The notes: a model not told the origin generated them from the letters alone. Shown: positions 50,101-60,410, counted from the first letter of the stretch. The stretch: DNA of 64,000 nucleotides from Leptolyngbyaceae cyanobacterium (GCA_965263355.1 CBDHHL010000032.1:3136001-3200000); one strand, 5' to 3'. Program-made: numbers and translations.

Positions 50101-50994
50101 TTAACTTAAGCGACTTAGCCATAAAACGATAGGGAGTGTCCCCAGACTAAAGAGTGTCGATACTACAATGGTTCTTGCTACGCGTACGGTATCGCCTCCC
50201 AGTTCGGTGACCCAAATTAATGAATTAACTGCCACAGGCATAGCTGACTGCAATACCACTACCTGACGATCTATACCAGTGAGACCCACTAGGCTAGCAA
50301 TATTAAAGGCTATTAACGGTGATATCACTAGCCGGAGTCCTGAGCCCATCAGTTCATAACGTCCGCAGACAAAAGGGGTTTCGGATAGCTGTATGCCTAG
50401 CATTAATAGAGCAACTGGGATTGCGCCTTCACTGAGCAGGGTGACACCCCGTTCGATAGGGAGAGGCATTGCGGTACCCGAACCTTGGAGGAAAATGCCT
50501 GCGATCGCAGCCCATAGAACTGGTAAACACAGGGTATACCGTAACCCTTTGAGCACCCCTTCCCCTTTGAGCACGATGGGAAATACACTGGCGGACATTA
50601 AACTGACCCCCACCAGGTAAACAATCGCGCGTTCTAACCCCTCTTCTCCTAAGGAAAAGAGAACAAATGGTAGCCCCATATTACCGACATTGGCAAAGAT
50701 TGTTGTGGCGATTAGACTCTTTTTTTGATCGGAGGAGAACTTGAGAAAATTGCCGAGAATAACGGCAAGAAGATAGAGGAGACTGGTGTGGATGACAAAG
50801 GTAAGAAGGATTGCGATCGCATTCCCAAATGCCAATGTAGTTTTAGCCAAGCTATGGAGTACCAACGCAGGTACCAGGGCATAAATACTTAGTTTTGCCA
50901 GGGTTTGGCGCTCCAGTGCAAACACGTGCCCTACCCAAATCCCCACCAAGGCCACCAGTGCAATGGGTAAAACCGCTGAAATTAAAATTTCCAT
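50101..50994 (-). CDS. AEC (auxin efflux carrier) family transporter
   Basis: Multi-TM; N.GNMGLP, AIPVAL..LG, QSAMPVAVN. Confidence 0.9.
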   Translation of the reverse strand: MEILISAVLPIALVALVGIWVGHVFALERQTLAKLSIYALVPALVLHSLAKTTLAFGNAIAILLTFVIHTSLLYLLAVILGNFLKFSSDQKKSLIATTIFANVGNMGLPFVLFSLGEEGLERAIVYLVGVSLMSASVFPIVLKGEGVLKGLRYTLCLPVLWAAIAGIFLQGSGTAMPLPIERGVTLLSEGAIPVALLMLGIQLSETPFVCGRYELMGSGLRLVISPLIAFNIASLVGLTGIDRQVVVLQSAMPVAVNSLIWVTELGGDTVRVARTIVVSTLFSLGTLPIVLWLSRLS

Positions 50995-51187
50995 TAAAGT
51001 GCAACCCAGCGATAAAAAAGCCTTTATATCCTAGCGTTTTAACCAGTTTCAGGCCGAGAAGCGATGGGGGCAGATGAATGAGGTCACAGACATCAAGGAT
51101 TGCACTTAATAGACAGCTTACGAGAGTTGAGGATGGTCTCAGTGACTCTTTCTCAAAAAGTGTCTAGAACTCTAAAAAACAATTTCC

Positions 51188-51454
51188 CTAAGCCTTCTGC
51201 GCAATGTGAAATGCTGATGTATAGGCAAGCATTAGTTTACCCTCAAACTCTTGATCGATAATAGTTGCCAGATCATTAAATAAGCGTTGTTGTGCGGTAC
51301 TTTCAAGGTCTAAATAGGGAGAATATGTGGTCAACAAGGTAAGAGGTCTAGCCTGGTTATAGGCTTGAGCTGCTCTTGAATACCAGGCCTTGCGTTGTTC
51401 TAACTGTCGATTTGCATAGCCGGAAATGATTTGTTTTAGGGTTGGCTTATGCAT
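51188..51454 (-). pseudogene. Class I SAM methyltransferase remnant with internal deletion
   Basis: N-terminal AYNQARP joined directly to C-terminal LLTTYSPY...FHIAQK; no SAM-binding GxG motif. Confidence 0.6.
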
Positions 51455-51460
51455 GGCAAC

Positions 51461-51643
51461 TTATGGCAAGGATCCACCATCCCATTCATGGTTGGGGTCA
51501 GGATAAAAGGTGATGCCGCTGCCTTCGCCACCGCCACAGCGAATGGCCACTAGCCAACCGCCTGGGACCTTAGCCCGCCATGCGCCTAATCCGCCCACCG
51601 GTTGATTTTTGCAATTCAGCTTTTCCCAGATGAATTCAGGCAT
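51461..51643 (-). CDS. Small hypothetical protein
   Basis: 60 aa, WRAKVPGGWLV...ITFYPDPNHEW. Confidence 0.75.
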   Translation of the reverse strand: MPEFIWEKLNCKNQPVGGLGAWRAKVPGGWLVAIRCGGGEGSGITFYPDPNHEWDGGSLP

Positions 51644-51833
51644 CGTTTGGTTGCTCAGTAGGATTAATCATAGGATATGGTATCCCGGCTAAATAACGCA
51701 CTATCCAACGGCCTAGTTGGGATTGTAAGGCTTTGATTAGGGTGCGATCGCGCTCTGTCCAAACCCTTAGAATATCAAACACGCAGGGTTCTAAAATGCC
51801 ATAGAATTCACCAGTATGGTAAATGGGGGCGTG
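51636..51833 (-). pseudogene. 3' fragment of a GAF-like gene truncated by the IS
   Basis: My translation: HAPIYHTGEFYGILEPCVFDILRVWTERDRTLIKALQSQLGRWIVRYL...; begins at the IS end, stop overlaps the start of the next gene. Confidence 0.6.
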
Positions 51834-51834
51834 T

Positions 51835-53380
51835 CAGGGTAATTGCAGTTATTTAGTATAAATTGTACTTGACAGAAAGTATTAAATAGTGGGTCAGTGT
51901 GATCACCAAATGATTCTAAACCCAATGCTAATAACAAGTGTTAATATGCAGCTCAATTTAGAACCCATGCAACATGACCTCTTAACAGAATGATGTGAAG
52001 TTCTCTCAATCCAGATTCGTGTTGTGCTCAGCATTAACACACCAGAAACACTACACCTCAGCTTCAGTGTCAGCACTAGCCATGAGTAACGACAAAAGAT
52101 AATTATTATCCATGGCAGCCCGATACCGCTTTGTGTTGATACTACCTTTGCTAGAATCTCGTTTTATGAGATTGATGCACAAACGTCGAAGTAATCCTAT
52201 ATTCTCCGGTCCATGGTCTTTTCGAATTCGACTTTGGTCCTCTTTGAAGGTCACATCTAGAACCCAATGGAGACTATTTTCAATACTCCAATGGGACCGA
52301 ATCGATTGCCCAAAAACACTGGCATCTGATTCTAAACTGCTGATATAAAAGCAGATGTTTTCTTCTTCTTTGTTCGGTAGAATTCGTCTACGACGAACCA
52401 TCACAATACTCTTTAACCCTTTCCATTTCTGCACATTGGGGAGGTCTGGCACTTGCTCAATCGAGACAACCCACACCTGACGATGCTCAATGCGATCATG
52501 TCCTGCTTCAGTAGTATGCTCATAACTATAGTCAATGTCCTGCCATTCATTGGCTCGGGCCTGTTCAAAAAAATCTTTAACACCCTGATAGAGATTGTCT
52601 TGATTCGCCTTGAGCGCCAATATATAGTCCCCTCCACCCTGAATAATTTGCTCTGCAATGGCCGTTTGCGTCCCCATCGCATCGATGGTGATGATTGTTC
52701 CTTCTAAGGACAACATTTCAAGCAGCTCAGGAATGGCCGTAATCTCATTGGATTTGGTATCGACCCGTTGCTGAGCTAACACTAAGTGATGTTCTGATGC
52801 CCAGGCACTCACGCTATGGAGTGCTTTACCCCCCACCTTCCGATCCTTCGACCCCCGCAAGGTCTTGCCATCGATATGGATGACTTTGATCTGTAATTGG
52901 GTTGTTATTTGCTCTATCCAACCCAAGAAAAACTGATGAAACTGCTCTGGGTCGATCACTCTAAACACCCTTGAGAAAGTATCGTGCGACGGGATGCCAT
53001 GGGGCAATTCCAAAAACGTCGATAACCATTCCTGTTTTGCCTCACCATAGGTTTCGACCTCCGTCATCGTGTTGGACCCAGCTAAGGTCGCAAAGATGGC
53101 GATGGTGACGATATCAATCAGTAAATGGAGGGGGTTTCGTTTCGTACGAGGGTCATCTAGGTTCTTGATCTCATCAAGCATCGTGTGCTTGAGCGTTGGG
53201 GTGGGACTGGACTTGGATAGGGGCAACGATGGTGGACCAAACCCTTTTGACATAAAGCTAAACCCGTACTGGGATGGTTGAAGGACAAGTTTTGAAGCTA
53301 GCAAACTCCAAGCCCTATCCACCATTCAATCAGTACTAATTGTCAAGTACAATTTATACCAAATAGCTGCGATACCCCTG
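51835..53380 (-). mobile_element. ISAs1-family insertion sequence
   Basis: 40-bp imperfect TIRs: CAGGGTAATTGCAGTTATTTAGTATAAATTGTACTTGACA vs reverse complement CAGGGGTATCGCAGCTATTTGGTATAAATTGTACTTGACA; no target duplication seen. Confidence 0.92.
52051..53325 (-). CDS. ISAs1 family transposase
   Basis: IPSHDTF, IDGKTLRGS, KSNEITAIP, IDAMGTQ, HWSIENSLHWVLDV; true start probably downstream. Confidence 0.95.
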   Translation of the reverse strand: MVDRAWSLLASKLVLQPSQYGFSFMSKGFGPPSLPLSKSSPTPTLKHTMLDEIKNLDDPRTKRNPLHLLIDIVTIAIFATLAGSNTMTEVETYGEAKQEWLSTFLELPHGIPSHDTFSRVFRVIDPEQFHQFFLGWIEQITTQLQIKVIHIDGKTLRGSKDRKVGGKALHSVSAWASEHHLVLAQQRVDTKSNEITAIPELLEMLSLEGTIITIDAMGTQTAIAEQIIQGGGDYILALKANQDNLYQGVKDFFEQARANEWQDIDYSYEHTTEAGHDRIEHRQVWVVSIEQVPDLPNVQKWKGLKSIVMVRRRRILPNKEEENICFYISSLESDASVFGQSIRSHWSIENSLHWVLDVTFKEDQSRIRKDHGPENIGLLRRLCINLIKRDSSKGSINTKRYRAAMDNNYLLSLLMASADTEAEV

Positions 53381-53603
53381 CCTGCAGGGCAGATGTGCGA
53401 GTATTTTTAAGAGTAGCCTCTTCCTCCAGATTCACCAGACTCAAAACCACCCGATTGTCCAGCTCGGTAGCGATCTCAGAGACATCTAACTGCGCAATGT
53501 TGCCCATAACAACGGCATCAGCAGTCCCCAGCGACTCCCCATCTTGCTGGCGCAAGTACTGGTTCAGTTGAGCTAATAAAAGAGAAAGTGCGTTATAAAT
53601 CAT
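53381..53603 (-). pseudogene. 5' fragment of DUF4255 / Pvc16-like gene
   Basis: MIYNAL...QLNQYL...VVMGNIA...VVLSLVNLEEEATLKN, then runs into the IS terminal repeat. Confidence 0.7.
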
Positions 53604-54643
53604 AAACGTCGACGGCGTTGAAAGGCCTCAAACATTTCCTGGCGTCTCAATATCAAGCCCCAGAATCAAAATTAGAAAAGTCAATCCACGTTGGCAAATT
53701 TGCCAAAATGAACCTCCAAATCGATGTAGAAAATCGGCTAATCACAAACCCGAGGGATAATTGGGAAGAAAGACGATTTGTTAGGAAAATAACAATTTAT
53801 AATTAATTCCTGAAAAGAGAAATTTCAAAAACCCATTTGACTATCTCATCAAATAGCTAAACTCTAATTTTTTCAGGAAGATAAAAACACCCCAATTGAC
53901 TGTGGGAGTAAGATTATCATAGATAACCCTAATCTCAGGTGTCTAGAATCAACATGCACTAAATGTGACTCCTGGATAACACACCAAAATGCTACACGCT
54001 CAGTAAAGCTAAGTTGCCTTTTAAGTCGCTTCTTGTCATTTTTGTTAACATTTTAACTTGTGTTGATATCGTTAAAACTTTCTAAAGAGTCATTGGTAAA
54101 CAGATCTCTGTCAAACTTTAATTTGCTCGAAAATTAAAATAGGGGCGAATGGTTTCGATCTTGTCTAAAAATAAAAGTACCCTCATGGGTACTGTCAAAA
54201 TCCTGTATTCAAGGATTTAATCAATAAACAAAGTTGATCGCGCTAAGTTAAGTCCAATTAATTGGGCGTAATTATTGTGTTTAGTCGATCAACATGTATG
54301 GCTTGGTAGTGCTGTTAAGGGCAGGGTAGAGAAAAGTAACGTTACTCACTATCCCTGAAAAGTAAGGGTTTCAGGTGAATTGTATTATTCTCTAGCCTTC
54401 TCTGGGCCTTCTGAAATAGACTGTCGGAAGACCTAACTTATAAATTTCATAAAACAACTCACTCAACTTCAATTGAATAAAAGTTGAGGCACCTGAACCA
54501 CTGGTTAACGTGCTCGACGTTTGAGGCTTTCCTAAAAGACTTTTTTGTTGCCAACTTAATAGGTCTGGTCAGCGAGTTTATATGGCGTTTAAGTGTTCAG
54601 CATAGGTTCGATATAACAAAGATATTAAGGAGAAAGAGTGCAA

Positions 54644-55975
54644 ATGAATATCTACCAAGAGTTATGGACGATTGATCTTGAGCATAATGGTTGTTCGGTT
54701 AGTGCAAAAGACAAAGATGGTAACTGGATTTTACCCAGTGCTGACATTCTGATTGATGAGCAAAAAGAAGCCACTCAAACTGATCAGGCCCCTGACCCTC
54801 TTTTTGCCTATGTAAACCCAGCTAAATTAGATTTACCAAGCTATCAAGCGCTCATCGCGTTGCTCAACAATTACGTAGTGAATGTTCGCCTGAGCGAAGA
54901 CCATCTGGGTGACAATCAGGTTGAAGATGGTGAAATCGAGACGTTCCTAGATACCATACTTGAAACTGATGTCATGAAACGGGCCCAGAAGCATATGCGT
55001 GAAACCCTAGCTTTTAAGGAAGCCGCAGATAATCTGAAAACCGAGTTAAAACGCATCTGGTTTGAGCTATACACCAATCACTTCAATCGTATAGCTGTCC
55101 CCTTTGCCTCAGGCTTTGAGCATGTGTTTGTTGGTGAGGGTAAGCGCAGAGGTAATGGCATTGGTGGGTACCATTCATGGATTAAATACTACCTTGACGA
55201 AAAAAATGACCGTGTTGATTTTCAAGGCTTCAACTATGATGGTAACTTTAATCGCCAAAGTCTAGCAGGCAGTACCGTTCCGATGGTTGCCACTATCAAA
55301 ATGCAATGGACCCCTTTGGATATCTTTGGTGCCCCTATTGGCCTTTTGGAGAAAGACATGGGTGGCTTCTTTGTTGGCCCAAGCCCTGAATTACAAATTG
55401 CATTGGGTACTGTAGCCTTTTATGAAAGTAAAGCAAATCTGTTTGATCGGGCTTCAGGTAACGAGAAAAAGGTTGAGATCATGAATGGGCTCTTCCATTT
55501 GGTTATGTACCGTAGTACCACGGTAGATCAACAAAGAGGAGATCATATTCGTTCATTCTTTCCTAAATTCAAGGCACCCTTGCAAGGTACAGGCACTGAT
55601 GTTGTTATACCAGTTGAGGGAGATCGCGATGATACTATTAATAGTGGTATTATCCGAATTGTGAAAGCACTAGTGAACCCTGAGGGATCGGACATGGGAC
55701 GAGAATGGGTTGAAATAGAGAATAATTCGGACTCTATCATTGACCTGAACGGCTGGACAATTGCTGACAAACTAGATCGTCGTGAGCCTGTTTTAGGTCA
55801 AATAGAACCAGGGAAAACAAGACGTATCATGATGACAAGACGCACTCATGACAATGCCCAGCTTGGGAATAGTGGGGGGGTGATCAAGGTTTATAATTCT
55901 AGCGATGACCTGGTTGCTCAAGTCAGCTATGGTAAAGTCGCATCTGGTGCAACATTGTTTTTTGTTGAGGCATAG
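54644..55975 (+). CDS. XendoU/EndoU-family endoribonuclease fused to lamin-tail domain
   Basis: SGFEHVFVGE, GYHSW, EK; C-terminal ALVNPEG.D.GREWVEIEN...DLNGWTI.D...LGNSGG. Confidence 0.85.
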   Translation: MNIYQELWTIDLEHNGCSVSAKDKDGNWILPSADILIDEQKEATQTDQAPDPLFAYVNPAKLDLPSYQALIALLNNYVVNVRLSEDHLGDNQVEDGEIETFLDTILETDVMKRAQKHMRETLAFKEAADNLKTELKRIWFELYTNHFNRIAVPFASGFEHVFVGEGKRRGNGIGGYHSWIKYYLDEKNDRVDFQGFNYDGNFNRQSLAGSTVPMVATIKMQWTPLDIFGAPIGLLEKDMGGFFVGPSPELQIALGTVAFYESKANLFDRASGNEKKVEIMNGLFHLVMYRSTTVDQQRGDHIRSFFPKFKAPLQGTGTDVVIPVEGDRDDTINSGIIRIVKALVNPEGSDMGREWVEIENNSDSIIDLNGWTIADKLDRREPVLGQIEPGKTRRIMMTRRTHDNAQLGNSGGVIKVYNSSDDLVAQVSYGKVASGATLFFVEA

Positions 55976-56108
55976 GCTATCAAACAAAAGATAGTCTCGA
56001 ATGACTCTTGGGTCATCGAGCTGGCTGCTTGGCTGGATACTAATAAATCCAAAAAAGTCGAAAATATGGCTTGAGCAAGCCTAGAGGGTTTTATCGAGCC
56101 ATTCTTTG

Positions 56109-57263
56109 CTACCTTATCTCTCCTACAGTCACTAAATACAGTGCCGCTTCTTCTTCGCCGTCAACTTCCAATAGTTCGTTAAGTGGATCGTCAAAGAACG
56201 CGCCAATGCCGCATACACCTAAACCCAGGGCGGTAGCGGCCAAATATAAGTTTTGACCTAAGTGCCCGGCTTCCATCAGCACATAACGGTACGTGCGCTC
56301 ATGATACTTCCAGCGCGTTCGTTGAAAAATACCTGAGACAACAAAACAAACCTGTGCTTCTCCTAGAAAATCCTGATTTAGCCCTGCCGTAATTAATGGT
56401 TGCCGGAGGTCTCCTGCTTTTACCAGTTCTAGCTGGTGATTTTGCACAGCATGGTGATATAGGCCAGGTTCTAACCCATCTACGCGATGCACAATGGGAT
56501 AAATTTCTAACGGATACAGAGCGCCAGATGACGGTACTGTGCGAAACTCTCGCTCATCCCAGGTGATGCCTTGTGCCAGATACAGTAGCCTTGAAAGGTG
56601 TTCCAGAGATAATGTGCTTTGGGTGTTATAGCGACGGCGTGAACGACGGGTAGTCATCGCTGTTGCTACGTTCAATCTAGTGATGGGAGAAGTCTCTGAC
56701 GGGTCAACCTTAGGCAGCTCAATCTGTTGACTATGGGGATAGGTTTTGTAACGTGGTGGCTCCTGGCCCCAGTTGAGAATAGTGGCAATGGTTTCGCCAT
56801 ACCCCGGCTGGCTCCACTTATGATATAACAACCCTACATCTTGATTCACGTCTGCCAGACTAATGGTTTGTTGCGGTGTGACAAATCGCTCAAATCCGAT
56901 ACCGGTAGCAATAGCCAAAAGAAACAGCAACAGATTCCGCCGTCCCTTAGGTGCAGGTGTGACAGATTGGGATAGCTCGGTGGGCTGGGCTATTTCTGGT
57001 GGTGGGCTAGCGCTTTTAGTCGATGATAGTTTGCCAGAACGGTCTCGAAAGCGATTCCGGATAAATGCTTTCACCCGCGCCCAGGTTTGGATTAAATGCG
57101 TAATTGCTAGCCCCATCCACAGGTAACCTACCTGACTATGAAAGCCAAAGTGATGTAACCCCATGGCATCTGCAATTAACCCGGTGATAAAAACATAGAC
57201 GCTGCTCCCCACTAGCAGGGTAATGACGACGTAGTCAAGATCGCGCCGTTTTACTATTGCCAT
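56109..57263 (-). CDS. SagB/ThcOx-like nitroreductase-family protein with N-terminal membrane domain
   Basis: RRSRR, RTVPSSGALYPLE, GLYHH, RYVLMEAGHLGQN; N-terminal TM helices with His residues. Confidence 0.88.
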   Translation of the reverse strand: MAIVKRRDLDYVVITLLVGSSVYVFITGLIADAMGLHHFGFHSQVGYLWMGLAITHLIQTWARVKAFIRNRFRDRSGKLSSTKSASPPPEIAQPTELSQSVTPAPKGRRNLLLFLLAIATGIGFERFVTPQQTISLADVNQDVGLLYHKWSQPGYGETIATILNWGQEPPRYKTYPHSQQIELPKVDPSETSPITRLNVATAMTTRRSRRRYNTQSTLSLEHLSRLLYLAQGITWDEREFRTVPSSGALYPLEIYPIVHRVDGLEPGLYHHAVQNHQLELVKAGDLRQPLITAGLNQDFLGEAQVCFVVSGIFQRTRWKYHERTYRYVLMEAGHLGQNLYLAATALGLGVCGIGAFFDDPLNELLEVDGEEEAALYLVTVGEIR

Positions 57264-57403
57264 AGGCCCTCACAAAGCGATCATCCAATAGCATTTTGCT
57301 CTGACATTTCCACAGTGTCATTAAATACCTGACAGTTGGCATCAAGTTTTCCAGTAGCCAGTGCATTTAAGGCGTCATAGTAGTCATCAAACCATTCCAG
57401 TAC

Positions 57404-57433
57404 TTAGAAAGTATCGAATTAGAAAGTATCGAA
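57404..57433. repeat. 15-bp tandem duplication
   Basis: TTAGAAAGTATCGAA x2. Confidence 0.8.
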
Positions 57434-57699
57434 AAAAGCTGAGAGTACTCTGAGGTTTGCTTTAGTAAACACTGATCTCGTTGAACCTGTTCGAGGTATA
57501 GACTGTTGTTTGAAAGATGAGTAAATTCTCACTTTTCTATCGGTGATATTTTAATCTTGTCTATCAGCCTGAATGGCAGCACAGTGTTCGAATGCGCTTG
57601 AATGCATTATGGCTTAAGGCTGTTAATCCTTAAGTGACTGAGCTGAGCTCCCTTATGTTGGGATCTTTACTGATTGGTACGGTTCGGACTGTTAGACGT

Positions 57700-59007
57700 T
57701 TATCCCTCATCTCTGGGGCAGACTGCGCTTTTTGGGGTCACTAGCACCTTATCTACCCGATTGCCATCCATATCCATGACTTCCACAATGAAGTCATTCC
57801 ATTCGAAATGATCGGTAGCTTTGGGAATACGCCCGAGTTGATGAATGACGAGTCCACCAAGGGTGTAATAACTGGCTGTCTTATCGGAGAATTCTTTCAG
57901 GCCCAGGCAGCTGTAAACATCATCAATATTCATCATGCCGCCCAAGAGCCATGAACCATCGTCTCGTTGCCGTGGCTTGTCGCTGGGTTCATCTAGGGAG
58001 GGTGCATCCCCTACTAAGGCTTCGAGGATATCCCATAGGGTGACTAATCCCTGGATAATGCCATATTCATCTACGACCAATGCTGTGTGTACCCGTGAGC
58101 GTTTAAACTGTTCTAGTAGGGGGAGCGATCGCGATATTTCTGGAATCACTAACGGCTGCTCTAAATCTACCGTCAGATCTAAAGGATCGTCATTGAGTGC
58201 CCGATTCAGTAAAGAATTAACGCTAACCAGGCCTAAAATATTATCTAAACTGCTCTGACATACGGGGAGTCGTCGGTAGCGACTGGCAATGATTTTTCGT
58301 TGATTTTCGGTGGCGGTATCTTCTAAGTCGAGCCAGATAATTTCAGGGCGTGGGGTCATAATCGAGGTTACTTGGCGGTCCCCCAGGCGAAAAACCCGCT
58401 CCATAATTTCCTGCTCAGCCACTTCTAAGGTGCCTTCTTCGGTGCCCTGTTGGATAAAGGCCCGGATTTCTGCCTCAGTGACACTGGGGCCATCGTCAGC
58501 CTGAATGTTGAGCAGTTGTACTACGAGATTTGTGGAAAAGCTCAGGAGGGCGACGATGGGTGCAGCCAGCTTGGAAAGCATGGCCATGGGTTGGGCGATG
58601 ACCTTGGCAATGGCTTCAGGCATAGTCAGGGCCAGTTGCTTTGGTACCAGTTCGCCTAAAATCAAAGATAGGTAGGTAATAATCGCTACCACCAGTGGAA
58701 ATGCCAGGGTGTTGGCATAGGCGGCTAGACCCGGAATTTTACCGAGTAAGCCAGCTACCGGTTCTGATAGGGCCGAGCCCCCAAAGGCACCGCTGACAAT
58801 GCTGATCAGGGTAATGCCTACCTGCACCGTAGAGAAAAAGTTATCGGGGCGTTTGGCTAATTTGAGGGCGGCCTGGGCGTTGCGATCGCCCCTACGAGCC
58901 GCCTGTTCTAAACGGACCTTGCGAGCCGACACCACGGCCAGTTCCGACATAGCAAATACGCCGTTGGCAATAATCAATGCCAAGATAATCAAGATTTTGG
59001 TGAGCAT
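57700..59007 (-). CDS. HlyC/CorC (CNNM-CBS) family protein
   Basis: NGVFAMSE, GELVPK, MTPR, VVDEYG, DMDGNRVDKV. Confidence 0.93.
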   Translation of the reverse strand: MLTKILIILALIIANGVFAMSELAVVSARKVRLEQAARRGDRNAQAALKLAKRPDNFFSTVQVGITLISIVSGAFGGSALSEPVAGLLGKIPGLAAYANTLAFPLVVAIITYLSLILGELVPKQLALTMPEAIAKVIAQPMAMLSKLAAPIVALLSFSTNLVVQLLNIQADDGPSVTEAEIRAFIQQGTEEGTLEVAEQEIMERVFRLGDRQVTSIMTPRPEIIWLDLEDTATENQRKIIASRYRRLPVCQSSLDNILGLVSVNSLLNRALNDDPLDLTVDLEQPLVIPEISRSLPLLEQFKRSRVHTALVVDEYGIIQGLVTLWDILEALVGDAPSLDEPSDKPRQRDDGSWLLGGMMNIDDVYSCLGLKEFSDKTASYYTLGGLVIHQLGRIPKATDHFEWNDFIVEVMDMDGNRVDKVLVTPKSAVCPRDEG

Positions 59008-59081
59008 AGACCCAAGCAAACAGCGGAATCTTTATCCTACTATCAGTGCGTTTTCTTGCTTGTGATCAAAATGTCTCAGCG

Positions 59082-59447
59082 TTATTCATCTAAGTCTTTG
59101 CCAATCATTAGACGATGCCCATCAATGGTACGCAAGCCAAACTCGCGCATTCCCCAGGGCTCATCCCGTAGCGGTTTAATAATTTCTACATCCTGGGCCA
59201 TAACCTTGCTGTACTCGGTATCCACATCGTCCACAACAAAATATGCAAAGTAAGAATGATCCCCCAGGTCTTGTGGAGGAATAGCATCGGGACATTCTCC
59301 AGCCATAATGCGGCAGTTATCGCGGACATACATACGCCAGCCAGGATCACCCATATCTTCGATGGTGAAGCCCAGCACATCGCGGTAGAAGGCCGCTGAT
59401 ATGTTCAGATTAGGAACGGCTAATACATAAAGAGTGCGTTGAATCAT
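59082..59447 (-). CDS. VOC/glyoxalase family protein
   Basis: FYRDVLGF, V.DVD, EPWGMREF...DGH. Confidence 0.88.
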   Translation of the reverse strand: MIQRTLYVLAVPNLNISAAFYRDVLGFTIEDMGDPGWRMYVRDNCRIMAGECPDAIPPQDLGDHSYFAYFVVDDVDTEYSKVMAQDVEIIKPLRDEPWGMREFGLRTIDGHRLMIGKDLDE

Positions 59448-59597
59448 TGCAACATAACAATGTGCTACTACGCTAATTGTAGTAGTCCATTATCAACTTA
59501 ATGTCACGTAAATAGGCTATCGTTTCCGTCATCCCTAAGTAGGTGGTCCCAACTAGCTATCAGAGTGAACTCAGTCGAACCGGCTGAGTCGCAGAGG

Positions 59598-59816
59598 TTA
59601 AACAGCTTGTTTGCATTTTATAACGGATCTACTCAAAAGGATGCCATCGCCAGCATTTATACGGAGAGTGTCATTACCCTCTTGACCGGTCAGTTTAGTT
59701 TGGTCTTCATTACTAAAGAGTATGTTGTCTTCAGCATTGCCAAAAATTTCTTCAAGCTCTTCTAATAGTGTCTGTTCAATAGTAAGAGTAAATGATGTTT
59801 TTCCTCGATTGTTCAT
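59598..59816 (-). pseudogene. Possible remnant of RTX-type Ca-binding protein
   Basis: GNAEDNIL and LTGQEGNDTL resemble RTX nonapeptides; very short. Confidence 0.3.
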
Positions 59817-60014
59817 GTATTTCTCGACTGATAGCAGTTGTGATTGCCTGGTTCAAGGCCTAGGATGATCCTATGGATTATTGAACGAAAGGTAATCGGT
59901 GATAGTTACTTAACTCATATGAGGAGAAAATGAAGCTAATCAAATAACCTTCAAAAGGTAATATCACTGACTCAACAACAACTGCTAGGGCGATATAGAA
60001 TTGGTGACTATGAA

Positions 60015-60410
60015 CTACAGCCCCATAAAATCTTTGAGAGCAAGTTTATGACGGTTTTTTAGGCGTTTGGAGGCAAGGCCACCGACCTGAATCTGTTTGA
60101 CTATGGTGTTTGAACATTGTCCCTTAGCGGTTCGATTGCCCGTTGGCATTAGCTTAGCTAGATCCCTTGCCGTTAGTTCTCGGGCAAACCGATAATTGAC
60201 CACCGATTCATGGATAATGAAGTCTGGTACGTCAGGGCCTGGTTTTAGAATACAGACGGTTTCTGATTTGGGTTGACGGCTATTGATGCTGACAAATAGA
60301 TGTCGAGTTTTGCTGGTTTTTGCGATCGCAACATATAAATGCTTCCCTTTCGGCGGTGTTTTGATCAAAAAAGCATCGCCAAGACGAATAGAGAGGCTAG
60401 TCATGGGCAA
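60015..60410 (-). CDS. Putative toxin (PemK/MazF-like fold suspected)
   Basis: Basic 131-aa ORF overlapping upstream Panacea gene by 14 bp; GDAFL...HLYV...FIIHESVVNY. Confidence 0.65.
   Translation of the reverse strand: MPMTSLSIRLGDAFLIKTPPKGKHLYVAIAKTSKTRHLFVSINSRQPKSETVCILKPGPDVPDFIIHESVVNYRFARELTARDLAKLMPTGNRTAKGQCSNTIVKQIQVGGLASKRLKNRHKLALKDFMGL

Noticed and set aside
53618..53806. 62-aa ORF upstream of the DUF4255 fragment
   Set aside because: TTG start, no motif, lies in a probable promoter region
54176..54193. LexA box
   Set aside because: Spacing between the GTAC half-sites is longer than in the cyanobacterial LexA consensus
56109..57263. RiPP (TOMM/cyanobactin) biosynthetic cluster
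   Set aside because: No YcaO, precursor, protease or transporter nearby
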